DNA of 64,000 bases, from positions 186,001 through 250,000 of the forward strand of contig JAPDFW010000114.1 of NCBI GenBank assembly GCA_028826165.1, given 5' to 3'. Origin of the DNA: Anaeramoeba ignava BMAN. Taxonomy: Eukaryota; Protista; Anaeramoebae. The position numbers were made by a program, and so were the translations under genes. Shown here piece after piece: positions 63,339 through 64,000 of this stretch. The notes below the pieces were generated by a model, which had not been told where the DNA came from, searched no databases, and saw only the letters and a list, made by a program, of their open reading frames with translations. Positions within the stretch are counted from its first letter, which is position 1. Each line of letters begins with the position of its first letter.

Positions 63339-63669
63339 ATGCGGACATTTTTATCAATTTTCTTTTTTGCCTTTATTATCTTGACAACAATACAAGAGGC
63401 AAATGCAGATACTTGCGTATGGCAACCTTCTACTCATGTATACAACTTCACAACAACAAGAAGATCCTATTCAAATTATCAGTATTTTGACACAGAAGAA
63501 GATATACTTTTCGAATTGAATTTGTGCGGTAGTTTGAATTCTATCGACAACACTTTATGTCCTTGTTGTGATACTACTTCTGCTCCTTATACAGGTTATA
63601 CTATGGATACTGGTCAACAATGTACTTCTTGGGGAATGTCTAATAATACTGAAGGATGGCAATATATAG
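63339..63669 (+). CDS. First exon of a secreted/membrane protein with an MRH (mannose-6-phosphate receptor homology)-like domain; the rest lies beyond the window
   Basis: Signal peptide, CVW...YNFT, FELNLCG, Cys pattern; GT donor at 63670 followed by an AT-rich intron. Confidence 0.6.
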
Positions 63670-63809
63670 GTATGTTTTATTTCATATCTTTATTTTTTTT
63701 TCTCTTAATTTCTTTGTTGAATTCCCTTTTTGATATTTTAAAAATTGGCGAAAAAAAAATATTTATTTTCCTATTTTTTGCTTTTTAAATATTCAAATAT
63801 TTAAAATAT

Positions 63810-64000
63810 AAATATAATTATAAATATAAATATAAATATAAATATAAATATAAATATAAATATAAATATAAATATAAATATAAATATAAATATAAATATA
63901 AATATAAATATAAATATAAATATAAATATAAATATAAAAATAAATATAAAAATAAAATATATAAAAAATAAATAAAATAAAAATAAAAATAAAAATATAA
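63810..64000 (+). repeat. Intronic (AAATAT)n hexamer repeat
   Basis: Direct inspection. Confidence 0.9.

Noticed and set aside
1-64000. U12-type or non-canonical introns, tRNA or rRNA genes
   Set aside because: All modelled introns are GT-AG without the GTATCCTT signature, and no structured RNA gene was recognisable by eye.

Overview
Gene-dense, very AT-rich eukaryotic (protist) genomic DNA using the standard genetic code and GT-AG spliceosomal introns. The features (BTB-TLDc and RCC1-BTB expansions, QN/EN microsatellites, TCATTT initiator-like motifs, an ML...RFFS organellar presequence) suggest an anaerobic metamonad amoeba such as Anaeramoeba; this is inference, not verified. I reconstructed 19 genes by hand: LRR-PP2C (PHLPP-like, 5'-truncated), BTB-TLDc x2, VPS25, a ~3,660-aa BEACH/WD40 protein, a secreted Zn-PLC-like protein, NFX1-like, a TTM-type uridine kinase-CYTH protein, a ~2,065-aa multi-cassette LRR-polytopic membrane protein, a bacterial-type phosphohexomutase, a Rac/Rho GTPase, a hypothetical protein, RCC1-BTB x2, a PH-domain protein, an E/K-rich protein, GCP3, LRR-U-box, and an MRH-like secreted protein (3'-truncated). 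Many introns and spacers are filled with AT-rich tandem repeats, which produce most of the spurious ORFs in the track. Most notable observations: (1) six reading-frame breaks in four otherwise intact genes, all +1 and all fixable by removing one A from a sense-strand C(A)n run (assembly artefact or recoding); (2) an RCC1-BTB paralogue pair with near-identical framework but periodic hypervariable propeller loops; (3) a repeated A-to-T synonymous-site polarity along each coding block that resets at AT-rich repeats; (4) satellite-inflated introns with weak splice signals.
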